This document shows positions 1 to 10,556 of a DNA stretch of 64,000 bases, one piece after another. The translations under genes were made by a program, and so were the position numbers. The DNA is from Gemmatimonas sp. GTDB taxonomy: Bacteria; Gemmatimonadota; Gemmatimonadetes; Gemmatimonadales; Gemmatimonadaceae. The notes beneath the pieces were generated by a model. It worked only from the letters and a program-made list of their open reading frames with translations. It made no database searches and was not told the origin of the DNA. How positions within the stretch are numbered: the first letter of the stretch is position 1; the number at the start of each line of letters is the position of its first letter. The stretch covers positions 1,120,001 to 1,184,000 of the forward strand of contig OZ257156.1 in NCBI GenBank assembly GCA_965279375.1, written 5' to 3'.

Positions 1-564
1 GACCTGCTGCTCTCGACGGTGATCGTGGTGGCGGCCGTCGCGCTCTTTCAAAGCACGCTCGCGCTGTTTGCCGCTGAGCGCTTGAAGGTGGGGCCGCGCA
101 CGCTGGGGTGGATCTACGGATTCGTCGGCGTGATTTCGGTGGCGGTGCAAGCCGGCATCATTGGAATGCTGACCAAGCGCTTTGGTGCGGCATCGCTCAC
201 GCGTGCCGGTGCGCTGTTGATCGCCATCGGCCTCGCGCTCATGCCACCGGTGCACTCGATGACGTTGCTGCTCATCGCCCTGGCGCTGTTCGGCATTGGC
301 TCTGCGCTGTTCAATCCCAGCATGAGCGGACTGGTCGCTGCCACGGCTGCGCCGCACGAGCGCGGGACCGTGCTGGGGGCGTATCAGAGCGCGGCGTCGC
401 TGGGGCGTGTGATCGGTCCGTTTCTCGCGAGCGCGGTGGCCACTGCGACATCGCTGCAGTGGCCATTCGCACTCGGTGCCGTCGTATCGTTAGGCGGTGT
501 GTTGCTGATTCATACGCGACCCAACACCACGGAGCAGGCGCCCGTCAGCGACCCAACGGCGTGA
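1..564 (+). CDS. MFS transporter (TetA/DHA1-like), 5'-truncated by window edge
   Basis: The frame is open from base 1. It has multiple hydrophobic helices and the MFS motifs 'LTKRFG' and 'ERGTVLGAYQSAASLGRVIGP'. Confidence 0.85.
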   Translation, partial: DLLLSTVIVVAAVALFQSTLALFAAERLKVGPRTLGWIYGFVGVISVAVQAGIIGMLTKRFGAASLTRAGALLIAIGLALMPPVHSMTLLLIALALFGIGSALFNPSMSGLVAATAAPHERGTVLGAYQSAASLGRVIGPFLASAVATATSLQWPFALGAVVSLGGVLLIHTRPNTTEQAPVSDPTA

Positions 565-3058
565 CGATGCGCCAGAGTGAATCGAAGGCGTTGCGGTTCC
601 AGAGGTCGTCGTACGCGGCCTCGTCGTACGCGCCGTCGTAGGAGCCATCGTACGCGCCGTCGTCGCCGCCAAAGCCACCTGCACCACCAGCCGGCGTCAT
701 CTTGTAGTTGTCAGGCGGCATCGCGCCCAACAGATGCTGCACGAAGTAGTCCCAGCGGCGGCGGATGAAGTACGGTTCGTTGAGCGAGTGTGGACGGTTG
801 GGCGCCATGATGAGATCGAAGCTCTTGTTGGCCTTGATCAGCTCATCGACCAACTGAATGGTCATCGCGGGGTGCACGTTGTCGTCCATGTCGCCGTGCA
901 TGAGCATCAGGTGGCCACGCAGGTTGGCCGCGTAGCTCTTGTTGGCCGACGCCGTGAAGTTGTCTTCGCCGCGCCGCGTGCTGTCCTTGCGCAGCAGTCC
1001 CTGATACTTCTCCGCCCAGTAGATGTTGTACGAGCGGTTGTCGTGATTGCCCGCGCCCGATACGGCCACCTTGAAGAACTCCGGGAAGCGCAGCATGGCG
1101 TCGGTGCTGGCAAAGCCGCCGCCCGAGTGGCCGAAGATGCCGACGCGCTCGAGATCGATGAAGCGATGGCGAGCGCCGAGCTGCTTGATCGCCGCGATGT
1201 GATCGGGGAGCCCGTTGTCGGTGAAGTTGCCGTAGTAGGCATCGTGGAAGACCTTCGACCGGCCGGGCGTACCGAGGTGATCGATCTGCACGACGATGAA
1301 GCCCAGTTCCGCCAGCGCGAACGGTTCACCGTTCCCCTTGAACGTCCACGCACCAACCGAGCCCACCTGCGGGCCGGGATAGATGTGCGAGATGATCGGA
1401 TACGACTTGGTGCTGTCGAGCTTCTGCGGCAGATACATCACGCCGTGAATGTCGGTGGCACCGTCACGCGCCTTGACCGTGAAGGGCACAGCGGCCTTCC
1501 ACCCCTGCGCCACGAGCTGTGAGATATCCGCCTTCTCGAGCGTGCGGATCACGCGCCCGGTCAGTGTCTCACGCAGCACCGTGACCGGCGGCGACGTGAT
1601 CGTGCTGACCTTGTCAACCACATACTTGCCGCTCGGGCTGATCGTCAGCTCGTGATTGCCGTCGTCGTTGGTGAGCTTGGTGAGCGCGCTGCCATCGAGT
1701 CCGACGCGATAGAGGTGCGTGTTGTAGACGAGTTGTCCTTCTTCGCGGCCGCGGCCGGAGAACCATACGGTGCGCGTCACTTCGTCGACATGCAGCGCCA
1801 TGCCCACCTGCCACGCGCCACTGGTGATCTGGTTCTTCACCGAGCCGTCGTGATTGAGCAACCACAGATGTCCGTAGCCATCGCGTTCCGACCACCACAC
1901 CACTTCGCCGGTCTTGAGTACGTACCAGCTTTCCTGATCGCGCGGACTGGCGATTTCGACATACGTCTTGCCCGTGTCCTTGGCGATGACGACTGCCTTG
2001 CCGGTGGCTGCATCCGCTTCGATGAGATAGGCCGCCTTGGACGCGCGCGCGAGCCCGCTGATGTAGGCCTTGTCCGAGCCGCTGGACCACGTCGAGTCGC
2101 GCAGTGAGCCGCCGATGCTGGCGATGTTCATCTTCACCGGCAACGCGATGGGCTTGCTCGTCTTGGCGGCCACGTCGACCACATAGAAATTGGGCACGGG
2201 CACAATGCTGTCGCCCGGCAGCGCGTACGGCTGCGTGAACATGCGCGGACGCTGCGACGTGTAGGACACGTACGGCATGAGTCCGACCTTGCGTTCATCC
2301 TGTCGCGTGACGAGCAGCTTCTTGGAGTCGGGCGACCAGCGCACGTTGGGGCGACGCCCCAGCGGACTGGGGCGGAGTGCCTGCTGCGGGCGGATCGCGG
2401 TCACGCCGTAGCTGAAATACTCCTCGCCATCCGTGGTTAAACGGACCGTGTCCTTGCCACCGCGCGCACGCACGTACAGGTCATGCTTGATGACGAACGC
2501 CTCGAGCTTCTTGTCCGGCGAGAGTACGAACGGCGACTCGTTGTACGTGGTGTCCTTGGCGACGCACTTGTACTGCACGATGTCGCAGGCGAACTGGCGC
2601 TTGCCGGCGCGAAACTCGATGCTCTTCTCGTCATCGCCATCGTTGCCGAAGCGGAAGGCACGGAACGGCAGATGATCGGCGTCGTACGCGGTGTCGGCCG
2701 CCACACTCATCACCGCGGCCAGCTTGCTGTTGTCGAACAACAGGCTGCGCGTGTTGGTGACGGGGTTGATGACCACGAAATCCGCACCGGTGCGCGTCTT
2801 GTTGCGATACCAGAAGCGGTTGCCGTCCTTGAAGAACTGCGGCGCCACTTCGTCGCCGGTGACGAGCTTGCCGGCATTCCACGGCAGGAGCTGTTCGGCG
2901 CGGGAGTAATCCACCGCCGTGACGGTGGGGCGTGTCTGCGCGCCGAGTGAAGGCGAGACGGCGAGTGTCAGGGCGATCGCGAGCGCACCGGTCAGTGCGC
3001 GAGGTAGCACGGAGGGGCGGGTGGGAGCATCCACCTGACGCGATGTGAACCAAGGCAT
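545..3058 (-). CDS. S9B dipeptidyl-peptidase IV family protein, secreted
   Basis: Signal peptide, DPPIV_N propeller region, GHSGGG nucleophile elbow, HGDMDDNVH and a C-terminal catalytic His. Confidence 0.92.
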   Translation of the reverse strand: MPWFTSRQVDAPTRPSVLPRALTGALAIALTLAVSPSLGAQTRPTVTAVDYSRAEQLLPWNAGKLVTGDEVAPQFFKDGNRFWYRNKTRTGADFVVINPVTNTRSLLFDNSKLAAVMSVAADTAYDADHLPFRAFRFGNDGDDEKSIEFRAGKRQFACDIVQYKCVAKDTTYNESPFVLSPDKKLEAFVIKHDLYVRARGGKDTVRLTTDGEEYFSYGVTAIRPQQALRPSPLGRRPNVRWSPDSKKLLVTRQDERKVGLMPYVSYTSQRPRMFTQPYALPGDSIVPVPNFYVVDVAAKTSKPIALPVKMNIASIGGSLRDSTWSSGSDKAYISGLARASKAAYLIEADAATGKAVVIAKDTGKTYVEIASPRDQESWYVLKTGEVVWWSERDGYGHLWLLNHDGSVKNQITSGAWQVGMALHVDEVTRTVWFSGRGREEGQLVYNTHLYRVGLDGSALTKLTNDDGNHELTISPSGKYVVDKVSTITSPPVTVLRETLTGRVIRTLEKADISQLVAQGWKAAVPFTVKARDGATDIHGVMYLPQKLDSTKSYPIISHIYPGPQVGSVGAWTFKGNGEPFALAELGFIVVQIDHLGTPGRSKVFHDAYYGNFTDNGLPDHIAAIKQLGARHRFIDLERVGIFGHSGGGFASTDAMLRFPEFFKVAVSGAGNHDNRSYNIYWAEKYQGLLRKDSTRRGEDNFTASANKSYAANLRGHLMLMHGDMDDNVHPAMTIQLVDELIKANKSFDLIMAPNRPHSLNEPYFIRRRWDYFVQHLLGAMPPDNYKMTPAGGAGGFGGDDGAYDGSYDGAYDEAAYDDLWNRNAFDSLWRIVTPLGR

Positions 3059-3069
3059 TGGCGTTGGGC

Positions 3070-3116
3070 AAAAGAGAAGGGCGAACCGCGAACCTCAACA
3101 GTTTCGCGTCCGCCCT
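3070..3116 (-). terminator. Probable intrinsic terminator after the M48 gene
   Basis: Imperfect stem AGGGCG..CGCGAA / TTCGCG..CGCCCT followed by TCTCTTTT on the minus strand. Confidence 0.45.
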
Positions 3117-3152
3117 CGTCTTGCGCCATATCGGGTTTTCAGCCCCCGGTGG

Positions 3153-4586
3153 CTACGGCTGTACGCCCCCAACCACGCGCTTCATCACGGTGCCGCGCGG
3201 CAGGTTGGTGCTCGCGTCGATTTCGTTGATGATGTAAATGGTGTTGGCGCTGGCGGTGCTCGGGAAGCGCTGCACGAACGCCTGACCGCTCATCGCCTCG
3301 GTCAGCGTGACCAGCTGCACGGTCGCCGGCTGCACGTTCAGGCTCGCCGCGTCGGTGAGCACCTTGAAGGAGCGAACGGCCGCATCGATCTCGCCATCGC
3401 GCTGCGCCGGTGCCTTGCTCGTCATCAGCCCCACGAGCAGGTACGTCGTGCTCCCCGACTGAATCGCCGCCGCCTGACCGCGCAGCGCACCGCTGCTGGT
3501 TGTCGCGTCGAACGTCGCTACCGCCGCGGCGAGTCCATTGATGGTGGTGTTGCCGCTCTGCTTGAGCGTGATCCCCTGCTGCGACGTGAACGTCTGCAGC
3601 GCCTGCGCGGGCGACCCCTGCCCCGGCGTCAGCTCGAGCTGCGCATCCGCGGCCTGGCTCTGCCCCGCCACCGATGCGGCCATGTTCATCGTCTTCCAAC
3701 CGCTCGGGAAGGTGAACTCGAAGCGCAGATCCGGGTGCAGGAACCGCGTACCCTTGAAGTAGCCGTTGCGCGGATTCTCGCCGAACACCATGCCGTCGAT
3801 GACCTTGAGATAGCCGTCGCGATTGACCTTGCTGTTCGTCAGCGAGTTCGGCGGCAGCGCGGCAACCTTCTGCTCTGCGACCTTCACACGATTGCCCGGG
3901 TCCGGGTGCGTGCTCTGCCACTCGGGGATGCGCACACCTCCCTCGCCAGAGAGTCGCGCAAGCGTGTTGAACACCTTGGGCGTTTCGCGCACGTCGTAAC
4001 CCTGCGCGAGCGAGTACTTGAAGCCCAGCGCATCGGCCTGCGTTTCGTCGTCACGCCCGAACTTGAGAAACAGCAGACCCGCGCCGCCGTTGAGCAGCTC
4101 GCCGTACTGCGCGACGCGCTGCGACAGCACGCTCGCGCCCACCAACCCGATCTGCGCCACCTGCTGCTTGCTCATCGCGGCGACGGTGTGCTTGGCCGTC
4201 ACGTGTCCGATTTCGTGCCCGATCACTTCCGCCAGTTCGGCTTCGTTGGTCAGGTGCGTCATGAGACCGCGCGTCACGAAGATGAAGCCGCCGGGATAGG
4301 CGAACGCGTTCACCGCTGCATCGTCGAGGAGATGGAACTCCCACGGCAGCCCGGGGCGCTCGGACTTGGCAGCGATCGCCATGCCGATGCGGCGCACCAT
4401 CGCCTGCGCTTCAGGCTTGTTGGTCTCGCCGACACTCTTGAGATCGCCCGCAGACGCTTCGCGTCCCATCGCGATCTCTTGCGATTGCGAGATGAGCGAC
4501 AGCTCGCTCCGGCCGGTGACGGGATTGGTGGCGCAGGCGGCGAGGGTGGCCGCGGAGAGCAGCGCGAGGGCGGATAGTGGTTTCAT
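3153..4586 (-). CDS. M48 family zinc metalloprotease lipoprotein (BepA/YfgC-like)
   Basis: Lipobox LAAC, NAFAYPGG, HEIGH, ETQAD and STHP motifs. Start set at ATG 4586 (MKPLSALALL). Confidence 0.9.
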   Translation of the reverse strand: MKPLSALALLSAATLAACATNPVTGRSELSLISQSQEIAMGREASAGDLKSVGETNKPEAQAMVRRIGMAIAAKSERPGLPWEFHLLDDAAVNAFAYPGGFIFVTRGLMTHLTNEAELAEVIGHEIGHVTAKHTVAAMSKQQVAQIGLVGASVLSQRVAQYGELLNGGAGLLFLKFGRDDETQADALGFKYSLAQGYDVRETPKVFNTLARLSGEGGVRIPEWQSTHPDPGNRVKVAEQKVAALPPNSLTNSKVNRDGYLKVIDGMVFGENPRNGYFKGTRFLHPDLRFEFTFPSGWKTMNMAASVAGQSQAADAQLELTPGQGSPAQALQTFTSQQGITLKQSGNTTINGLAAAVATFDATTSSGALRGQAAAIQSGSTTYLLVGLMTSKAPAQRDGEIDAAVRSFKVLTDAASLNVQPATVQLVTLTEAMSGQAFVQRFPSTASANTIYIINEIDASTNLPRGTVMKRVVGGVQP

Positions 4587-4638
4587 CACAGGACGAAGTT
4601 GCAAATGGTATGCCGAAGGGTGTCTGCTGCGGCCGACA

Positions 4639-5937
4639 TCACGAAAGCGCGAACGGACGCTCGAGACTCGGTGACTGTGGGGTGAAGAGCTCGGCCCCAT
4701 TCTCCGTGATGACCATATCGTCTTCGAGGCGGATGCCGAACTCGCCCGGGATGTAGATGCCCGGCTCGTCGGAGAATACCATGCCCGGCTTGAGCGGGAG
4801 TGTGTTCCCGCGCACGAGATACGGCCACTCGTGCCCGTCCATTCCCATGCCGTGCCCGACGCGGTGGCTGAAGTACTTGTAGTCGGGACCGAAGCCGGCA
4901 TCGACGATCACCTTGCGCGCCGCCGCATCGACGGCCTCGCACGGCAGTCCCGGGCGAGCGGTCTTGAGTGCCGCGGTCTGTGCGCGATGCTCGATCTCGA
5001 ACACATCCTTCATGCGCTGCGTGGCCTTGCCCAGCACGAACGTGCGCGAGATGTCCGAGCTGTAGCCCTCCACCTTGCAGCCGCCGTCAATCAGCAGGAT
5101 GCTCCCCTCGCGTACGACCTGCGGTGTGGCCGAACCGTGCGGCAGCGCCGAGAACTTGCCAACCTGTACGCCTGCCGAACCTTCGTAGCCCAACTGACGA
5201 TGCGCGAGCTGCACGAGCCGCGCGAAGTCGTCCTGCGTCATCCCTTCCTTGAGCGACTTGTACGCTGCCTCGTACGCCTTGAGCGTCACCTGGCTGGCAA
5301 ATCGCATGAGGGCAATTTCGTGCGCGTCTTTCACCGTGCGGCAGCCCGCCGTGACTGGCGTGCCGCTGACGACCTTCACGTTGGGAATGTGCGCGGCACC
5401 GTCACTGAACTGGAACCGCACGGTTTCTTCGGCGCCGATGGTGGCCGTGGAGAGACCGCGCGACTTGAGCCCCTGCGCGATGAGGGCGTACGGGTTCTCG
5501 TGCTCTTCCCACGCGTAGACCGTTGCGTCCTTGCCGAGCGGTCCGAGGTGCGCCTGCTCCATGGCGCGTTCCTCCTCGAACTTGGGGGTGACGAGGAAGG
5601 CGCTGCCGGTTGTTGGGATGATGGCGGCGAGGAGCCGTTCGCTGAGACCCCACCGGATGCCGGTGAAGTACTCCATCGACGTGCCGCCGGTGAGCATCAG
5701 TGCGTCGATGCCGTTCGCCTTCATCAAAGCGCGCGCGCGCTCGATGCGTGCACGCCGTTCATCCACCGAGATCGGGGTGACTTTCCCCTTCATCGACGTG
5801 AGCGCCTTGATCGCTGGCGGCAGCTCCTGTCCCGTCTGCGCGCCGCCGTGGGGTGCCGCATCGGCGGGCGTCGAGCCGAGCGAAAGGCCGGCGAGGGTGG
5901 CCGCGGAAGTGCCGAGGAAGGTGCGACGGGTCGTCAT
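4639..5937 (-). CDS. Xaa-Pro peptidase, M24 family, Tat-exported
   Basis: TRRTFL twin-arginine signal, plus DGGC..YSSDISRT, HRVGHGMG, DEPGIY and IRLED motifs. Confidence 0.92.
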   Translation of the reverse strand: MTTRRTFLGTSAATLAGLSLGSTPADAAPHGGAQTGQELPPAIKALTSMKGKVTPISVDERRARIERARALMKANGIDALMLTGGTSMEYFTGIRWGLSERLLAAIIPTTGSAFLVTPKFEEERAMEQAHLGPLGKDATVYAWEEHENPYALIAQGLKSRGLSTATIGAEETVRFQFSDGAAHIPNVKVVSGTPVTAGCRTVKDAHEIALMRFASQVTLKAYEAAYKSLKEGMTQDDFARLVQLAHRQLGYEGSAGVQVGKFSALPHGSATPQVVREGSILLIDGGCKVEGYSSDISRTFVLGKATQRMKDVFEIEHRAQTAALKTARPGLPCEAVDAAARKVIVDAGFGPDYKYFSHRVGHGMGMDGHEWPYLVRGNTLPLKPGMVFSDEPGIYIPGEFGIRLEDDMVITENGAELFTPQSPSLERPFALS

Positions 5938-6139
5938 GGTGGTCTGCCCTGAGCGCGTGGGAAAAGCGTTGCCGTGAATGAACGCCCAATCGCTGCTGCA
6001 GGAACAGCGACTGAACGGACACGAAACGGCACGAATGTTTGCACCGCGACGTTACGTCGAAATTGCCCAGTTGCGACAGTGGGCCGAGCCGCATTGCTTC
6101 CCCCACGCTCGACGCTGTCTCCCACCTTTCGAGGATCCT

Positions 6140-9115
6140 GTGCCCCCACGTCTTCTCCGACGTGCCAGATTCCGGCTCGCCTTCCGACTACTGGCACTTC
6201 CGGCCCTGATGGCCGCTACCGTCGTTCCCGCCGCTAGCATTGCGGCGCAGTCCACCGGCACGATCGCTGGACGCATTCTCGACGCCGACAACGGTCAGCC
6301 GATCGTCGCCGCGCAGGTCACCATCGCCGGCACGCAACTCGGCCGCGCCACGGGCGACGACGGACGCTTCAGCATCAGCGGAGTCTCGTCCGGCAGCGTC
6401 ACGGTGACCGTGCGCCGCATCGGCTACATGCAGCAGACGCGCACGGTCTCGGTCACCGCCGGCGGTACGGTGACGGTGGACTTGTCGCTCGCCAAGAGCA
6501 GCGTGTCGCTCACCGGTGTCGTTGTCACGGCCACGGGCGAAGAGCGCAAGAAGGAAGTCGGCAACGCGGTCACCTCGGTCGACGCATCGCAGTTCGCGAA
6601 GGGCGGCGTCGCCAACACGCAGCAGATCCTCCAGGGTCGCTCGACGGGCGTGACGGTGCTTGGCAACTCGGGCCAGCCCGGCGCGGGCGGCTCGATTCGT
6701 TTGCGCGGCGTGAACAGCATCACGCAGGGCAATCGTCCGCTCATCTACGTGGACGGCGTGCGAATCTTCAACGGCAACTCGCCGACGGGCGTGTCGTCGC
6801 GTCAGTCCGTGTCGCCGCTCAATGACATCGCCGCGTCGGATATCGACCGCATCGAAGTGGTGAAGGGCCCGGCGGCCACCACGCTCTATGGCACCGAAGC
6901 GTCGGGCGGCGTGATCCAGATCTTCACCAAGCGTGGTCGTGATGGCGCTGCGCGCTGGACGGCGGAAGCGTCGGGCGGCTTCAACAGCATCGGCCAGTTC
7001 GGCCCCAAGTCGGATCCGACGGGCTTGTTCCTCAAGCAGTGCCGTGGCCCAGGGCTCGTGAACATCGATGGAGTAGCGTTTGAAGACGCCACCTGCCCGG
7101 AGAGCGGCTCGTGGTTCCAGAAGGGATCGGTGAGCCGCTATTCGTTGGGTGTGCGCGGCGCCGGCAGCGGCATCAACTACTCCATCTCGGGCAACCTCGA
7201 GAACGAGTACGGTGTGGTGCGCGTGGGCAACAACAAGACGGGTGGCCTGCGTGCGAACATCGGCTTCACGCCGCGCAAGGATCTCGTCATCGCGCTCAAC
7301 TCGTCGTATCAGAAGCGCGCGACGGCGATGATCTCCGACGGCAATAGCGCGGACGCATTCCTGCTCAACGTGTCGCGCGGCCCCGGCTCGAACTTCAAGG
7401 GCACCGGCTGCAGCAACGCGACGATCACCTGCGTGCTCAACGACACGATCTTCTCGAAGGCGAACACGATCGGCAACGACCACTTCATCACTGGCGGTAC
7501 GGTGACGTGGACGCCGATCACGCAGCTCTCCAATCGTCTCTCGGTCGGCTTCGACTACAACAACTCCGACATCAAGACGGTCAATCCGTTCGGCTACCTG
7601 CGCACGCCGACGGGCCAGTACTTCCAGACGCTGTGGAATCGCTCGCTCATCTCGGTGGACTACGCGAGCACGTGGAAGCAGTCGATCGGCAAGTCATTCT
7701 CGAGCGCCACGTCCGTTGGTGGCCAGCTGTTCGACAGCCGTCTCAACTCCACTGATCTTCAGGCCGACAACTTCGCGGGTCCGGGCACGCCGACGCTGAT
7801 CTCCGGTTCGTTGCGTCAGATCACCGACGTGAACGCGCAGCGCGTCATCAACGCCGGCTTCTTCGGGCAGCAGCAGCTCGGCTGGCGTGATCTGCTGTTC
7901 GTGACGGCCGGCGTGCGCGTCGACGGCAACAGCGCGTTCGGCAAGAGCTTTGGTCTCCAGACGTACCCCAAGCTGAGCGCGTCGTACGTGCTCTCTGACG
8001 AAAGCTTCTGGCCGGCCAAGTTCGTGGAAACGCTCAAGCTGCGCGCCGCCGTCGGTGAGTCGGGCAAGGCGCCCGGTGCGTTCGACGCCACGCGCACCTG
8101 GAACCCGATCGCCGCTGAAGGTGGTCTCTCCGGCTTCACGCCGGGTCAGCTTGGCAATCCGAACCTGGGTCCCGAGCGCACGCGCGAGACCGAAGGCGGC
8201 TTTGATGCCAGCATGTTCAACGGACGCCTCGGCGTCGTGATGACGTACTTCAAGGCGCGCACGAGCGATGCCCTGATCAACGTGTCGTATCCGCCGTCGC
8301 AGGGCTTTTCGGCCAACCAGCCCGAGAATGTGGGCGTACTGGAAAGCACCGGCCTCGAACTGCAGCTGACGTCGACCGTGCATCCGACGCGCTGGGCTGA
8401 GTTGAGCGGCCGCATCCAGTACACGAGCGTGAAGTCGAAGGCGGTGGACCTCGGCGGTCGCGTGCTGACGCTGGATGCCTTGGCGCGCAGCTACGTGAAG
8501 GAAGGGCTGCCGGTGCCCGCGTACATGGGCTTCAAGGTGCGTAACGCCGGTGAGGTCGCGACGCCAATCGTCGACACGCTGCAGTACCTCGGCGCGACGT
8601 TCCCGACGCAGATCATCAACCCGTCGCTGACGCTGACGCTGTTCAAGAATCTGTCGCTCGATGCCGTCGGCGAGTGGCAGCTGGGCGGCCACCTGCTCAA
8701 CGGCACGGCGTTCCAGAACTCCGGTTTGCAGATCTGGCAGCCGTGCTTCACGGCGCAGCGCGCGCTCAAGGCGGCGGCGGCAGGCAATGCGGCGGCGCTG
8801 GCCACGGTCAACGCGGGCGATCGCATCAAGTGCTCCATCACGGCAGCGGAGCGTGACTACAGCTACTTCGTGGAGAGCTCGGACTTCTTCAAGCTGCGCA
8901 GCGTCTCGATGTCGTACGAGCTGCCGACGAGCATCTCGCATCTGTCGCGCCCGATGACGTTGCAGTTGACCGGTCGCAATCTGTTGACGCGCACGAACTA
9001 CACCGGATCCGATCCGGAGAACGCCGACCAGCGCACGAGCACGTTCTATCGTCGCGACTACTACAACTTCCCGCCCTATCGCACGTTCCTGTTGTCCGTG
9101 CGGACGAGCTTCTGA
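6140..9115 (+). CDS. SusC/RagA-type TonB-dependent outer-membrane transporter
   Basis: CarboxypepD-reg-like N-domain, plug motifs (IRLRG, PLIYVDG, IDRIEVVKGPAATTLYG) and a C-terminal Phe. GTG 6140 follows GAGGA; the ORF is open from 5978. Confidence 0.92.
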   Translation: MPPRLLRRARFRLAFRLLALPALMAATVVPAASIAAQSTGTIAGRILDADNGQPIVAAQVTIAGTQLGRATGDDGRFSISGVSSGSVTVTVRRIGYMQQTRTVSVTAGGTVTVDLSLAKSSVSLTGVVVTATGEERKKEVGNAVTSVDASQFAKGGVANTQQILQGRSTGVTVLGNSGQPGAGGSIRLRGVNSITQGNRPLIYVDGVRIFNGNSPTGVSSRQSVSPLNDIAASDIDRIEVVKGPAATTLYGTEASGGVIQIFTKRGRDGAARWTAEASGGFNSIGQFGPKSDPTGLFLKQCRGPGLVNIDGVAFEDATCPESGSWFQKGSVSRYSLGVRGAGSGINYSISGNLENEYGVVRVGNNKTGGLRANIGFTPRKDLVIALNSSYQKRATAMISDGNSADAFLLNVSRGPGSNFKGTGCSNATITCVLNDTIFSKANTIGNDHFITGGTVTWTPITQLSNRLSVGFDYNNSDIKTVNPFGYLRTPTGQYFQTLWNRSLISVDYASTWKQSIGKSFSSATSVGGQLFDSRLNSTDLQADNFAGPGTPTLISGSLRQITDVNAQRVINAGFFGQQQLGWRDLLFVTAGVRVDGNSAFGKSFGLQTYPKLSASYVLSDESFWPAKFVETLKLRAAVGESGKAPGAFDATRTWNPIAAEGGLSGFTPGQLGNPNLGPERTRETEGGFDASMFNGRLGVVMTYFKARTSDALINVSYPPSQGFSANQPENVGVLESTGLELQLTSTVHPTRWAELSGRIQYTSVKSKAVDLGGRVLTLDALARSYVKEGLPVPAYMGFKVRNAGEVATPIVDTLQYLGATFPTQIINPSLTLTLFKNLSLDAVGEWQLGGHLLNGTAFQNSGLQIWQPCFTAQRALKAAAAGNAAALATVNAGDRIKCSITAAERDYSYFVESSDFFKLRSVSMSYELPTSISHLSRPMTLQLTGRNLLTRTNYTGSDPENADQRTSTFYRRDYYNFPPYRTFLLSVRTSF

Positions 9116-9117
9116 CC

Positions 9118-10335
9118 ATGACCACCGCACATATCTCCCGCACCGCTCGTCGCGCCGCGACGAGCCTCGCGCTGGTCGGCATCGTCGGCGCGCTTTCGGG
9201 CTGCAAGCTCGAAGTCACCAATCCTGGTCCACTGCAGGACACCGATCTCAACACGGCGAGCGCCGTCCCCGCCTTGGTCAACGGCATGGGTGGTGACCTC
9301 TCGAACGCGATGGGCAACTACATCACGCGTGGATCACTTGCTGCGTTCGAGTTGGTGCACTCGGGCAACTTTGCCGCCGAACGCAAGTTCGCGTCCGGGC
9401 AGATCGCGCCTGAAGACGTGAACGGCGATTGGGCGCGCATGCACACCGCGCGCTACGTGGCCGAAGCAGGGCTCGTGCGCATGAAGACGGTGCTTGGCTC
9501 GGCGTTCGAAACGAACACGAATACGCCGCGTGCGTATCTGTACGCGGGCTTCGCCAATCGCTTTCTCGGCGAGAACGTCTGCAACGCGGTCATCGACGGT
9601 GGCTCGTCGTTGCCGAGCAGTGAGCACTTCGTGCGCGCGGAGAGTTTGTTCACGCGAGCGCTGACCATCGCGCGGGCGCAGAACAACACCGCGCTTACCA
9701 ATGCGGCACTGGCTGGACGTGCCACCGTGTTGGCGTGGCAGGGCAAGTGGGCCGCGGCCGATGCGGATGCGGCGCTCGTGCCGGTGGCGTTCCGTCACAA
9801 CGCGATCTTCTCCACGAACACCACGCGTGAGAATCTCGACTTGGCCAACCAGACGATCACGCGTCGTGAAGTGACCGTGTGGAACACCGTGTGGGTGGCC
9901 GATCGCGATGTGCGCACGCCGTACGACACCGTGAAGACGGGAACGGCGATCACGCGCGGTCAGGATGGCGTGACGAACTTCTTCCGTCAGCGGAAGTACC
10001 TCACGCTGGGCGATCCCGTTGCATTGGCCAAGGGAACGGAGATGCTGCTCATCCGCGCGGAAGCAGCGTTGCGCAGCAACAACGTGGCCTCGGCGATGAC
10101 GTTCATCAATCAGGAGCGTGCGACGTTCACGTTACCAGCGTTGACGGCAACGACGGTCGATGCGGCATTCACGATTCTGATGCGTGAGCGTGGCGCGCTG
10201 TTGTGGCTGGAAGGCCGTCGCTTGTGGGACCTGCGCCGCTGGCTGGCCGAGGGTCGCAACACGACGCTGCAAGGCCGGAGCGTGTGCATTCCGATTTCGC
10301 TCGAAGAGCAGGGCGCGAATCCGAATTTGCAGTAG
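9118..10335 (+). CDS. SusD/RagB-family lipoprotein
   Basis: Lipobox LSGC, EMLLIRAEA, ERGALLWLEGRRLWDLRR and C-terminal E..ANPNL. Lies 2 bp after susC. Confidence 0.9.
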   Translation: MTTAHISRTARRAATSLALVGIVGALSGCKLEVTNPGPLQDTDLNTASAVPALVNGMGGDLSNAMGNYITRGSLAAFELVHSGNFAAERKFASGQIAPEDVNGDWARMHTARYVAEAGLVRMKTVLGSAFETNTNTPRAYLYAGFANRFLGENVCNAVIDGGSSLPSSEHFVRAESLFTRALTIARAQNNTALTNAALAGRATVLAWQGKWAAADADAALVPVAFRHNAIFSTNTTRENLDLANQTITRREVTVWNTVWVADRDVRTPYDTVKTGTAITRGQDGVTNFFRQRKYLTLGDPVALAKGTEMLLIRAEAALRSNNVASAMTFINQERATFTLPALTATTVDAAFTILMRERGALLWLEGRRLWDLRRWLAEGRNTTLQGRSVCIPISLEEQGANPNLQ

Positions 10336-10381
10336 CGCATGTGACGTAGCGGTGATGTAGCGCTACGCAGGTAGTGCGCAG

Positions 10382-10434
10382 ACGGCCGGCGATGGATTCG
10401 GGAGCTCACCCGATTCACCATCGCCGGCCGTTTG
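10382..10434 (+). terminator. Hairpin/terminator after susCD
   Basis: 14-bp inverted repeat ACGGCCGGCGATGG / CCATCGCCGGCCGT followed by TTG. Confidence 0.55.
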
Positions 10435-10486
10435 TGCGTGAGGGGTGTCTGCGTGCAGCCTCCTGTCGCCTGGATGGGCGCCGTTG

Positions 10487-10512
10487 GGAACTTCTGTCGG
10501 ACGCGCCGTCTA
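10487..10512 (+). promoter_or_regulatory. ECF-sigma-type promoter upstream of msrB
   Basis: GGAAC-N16-GTCTA, ending about 45 nt before the ATG. Confidence 0.45.
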
Positions 10513-10556
10513 TGACGTGTGCAGGGTACGAGAACCCCAATCTGAGATAGGATCTT

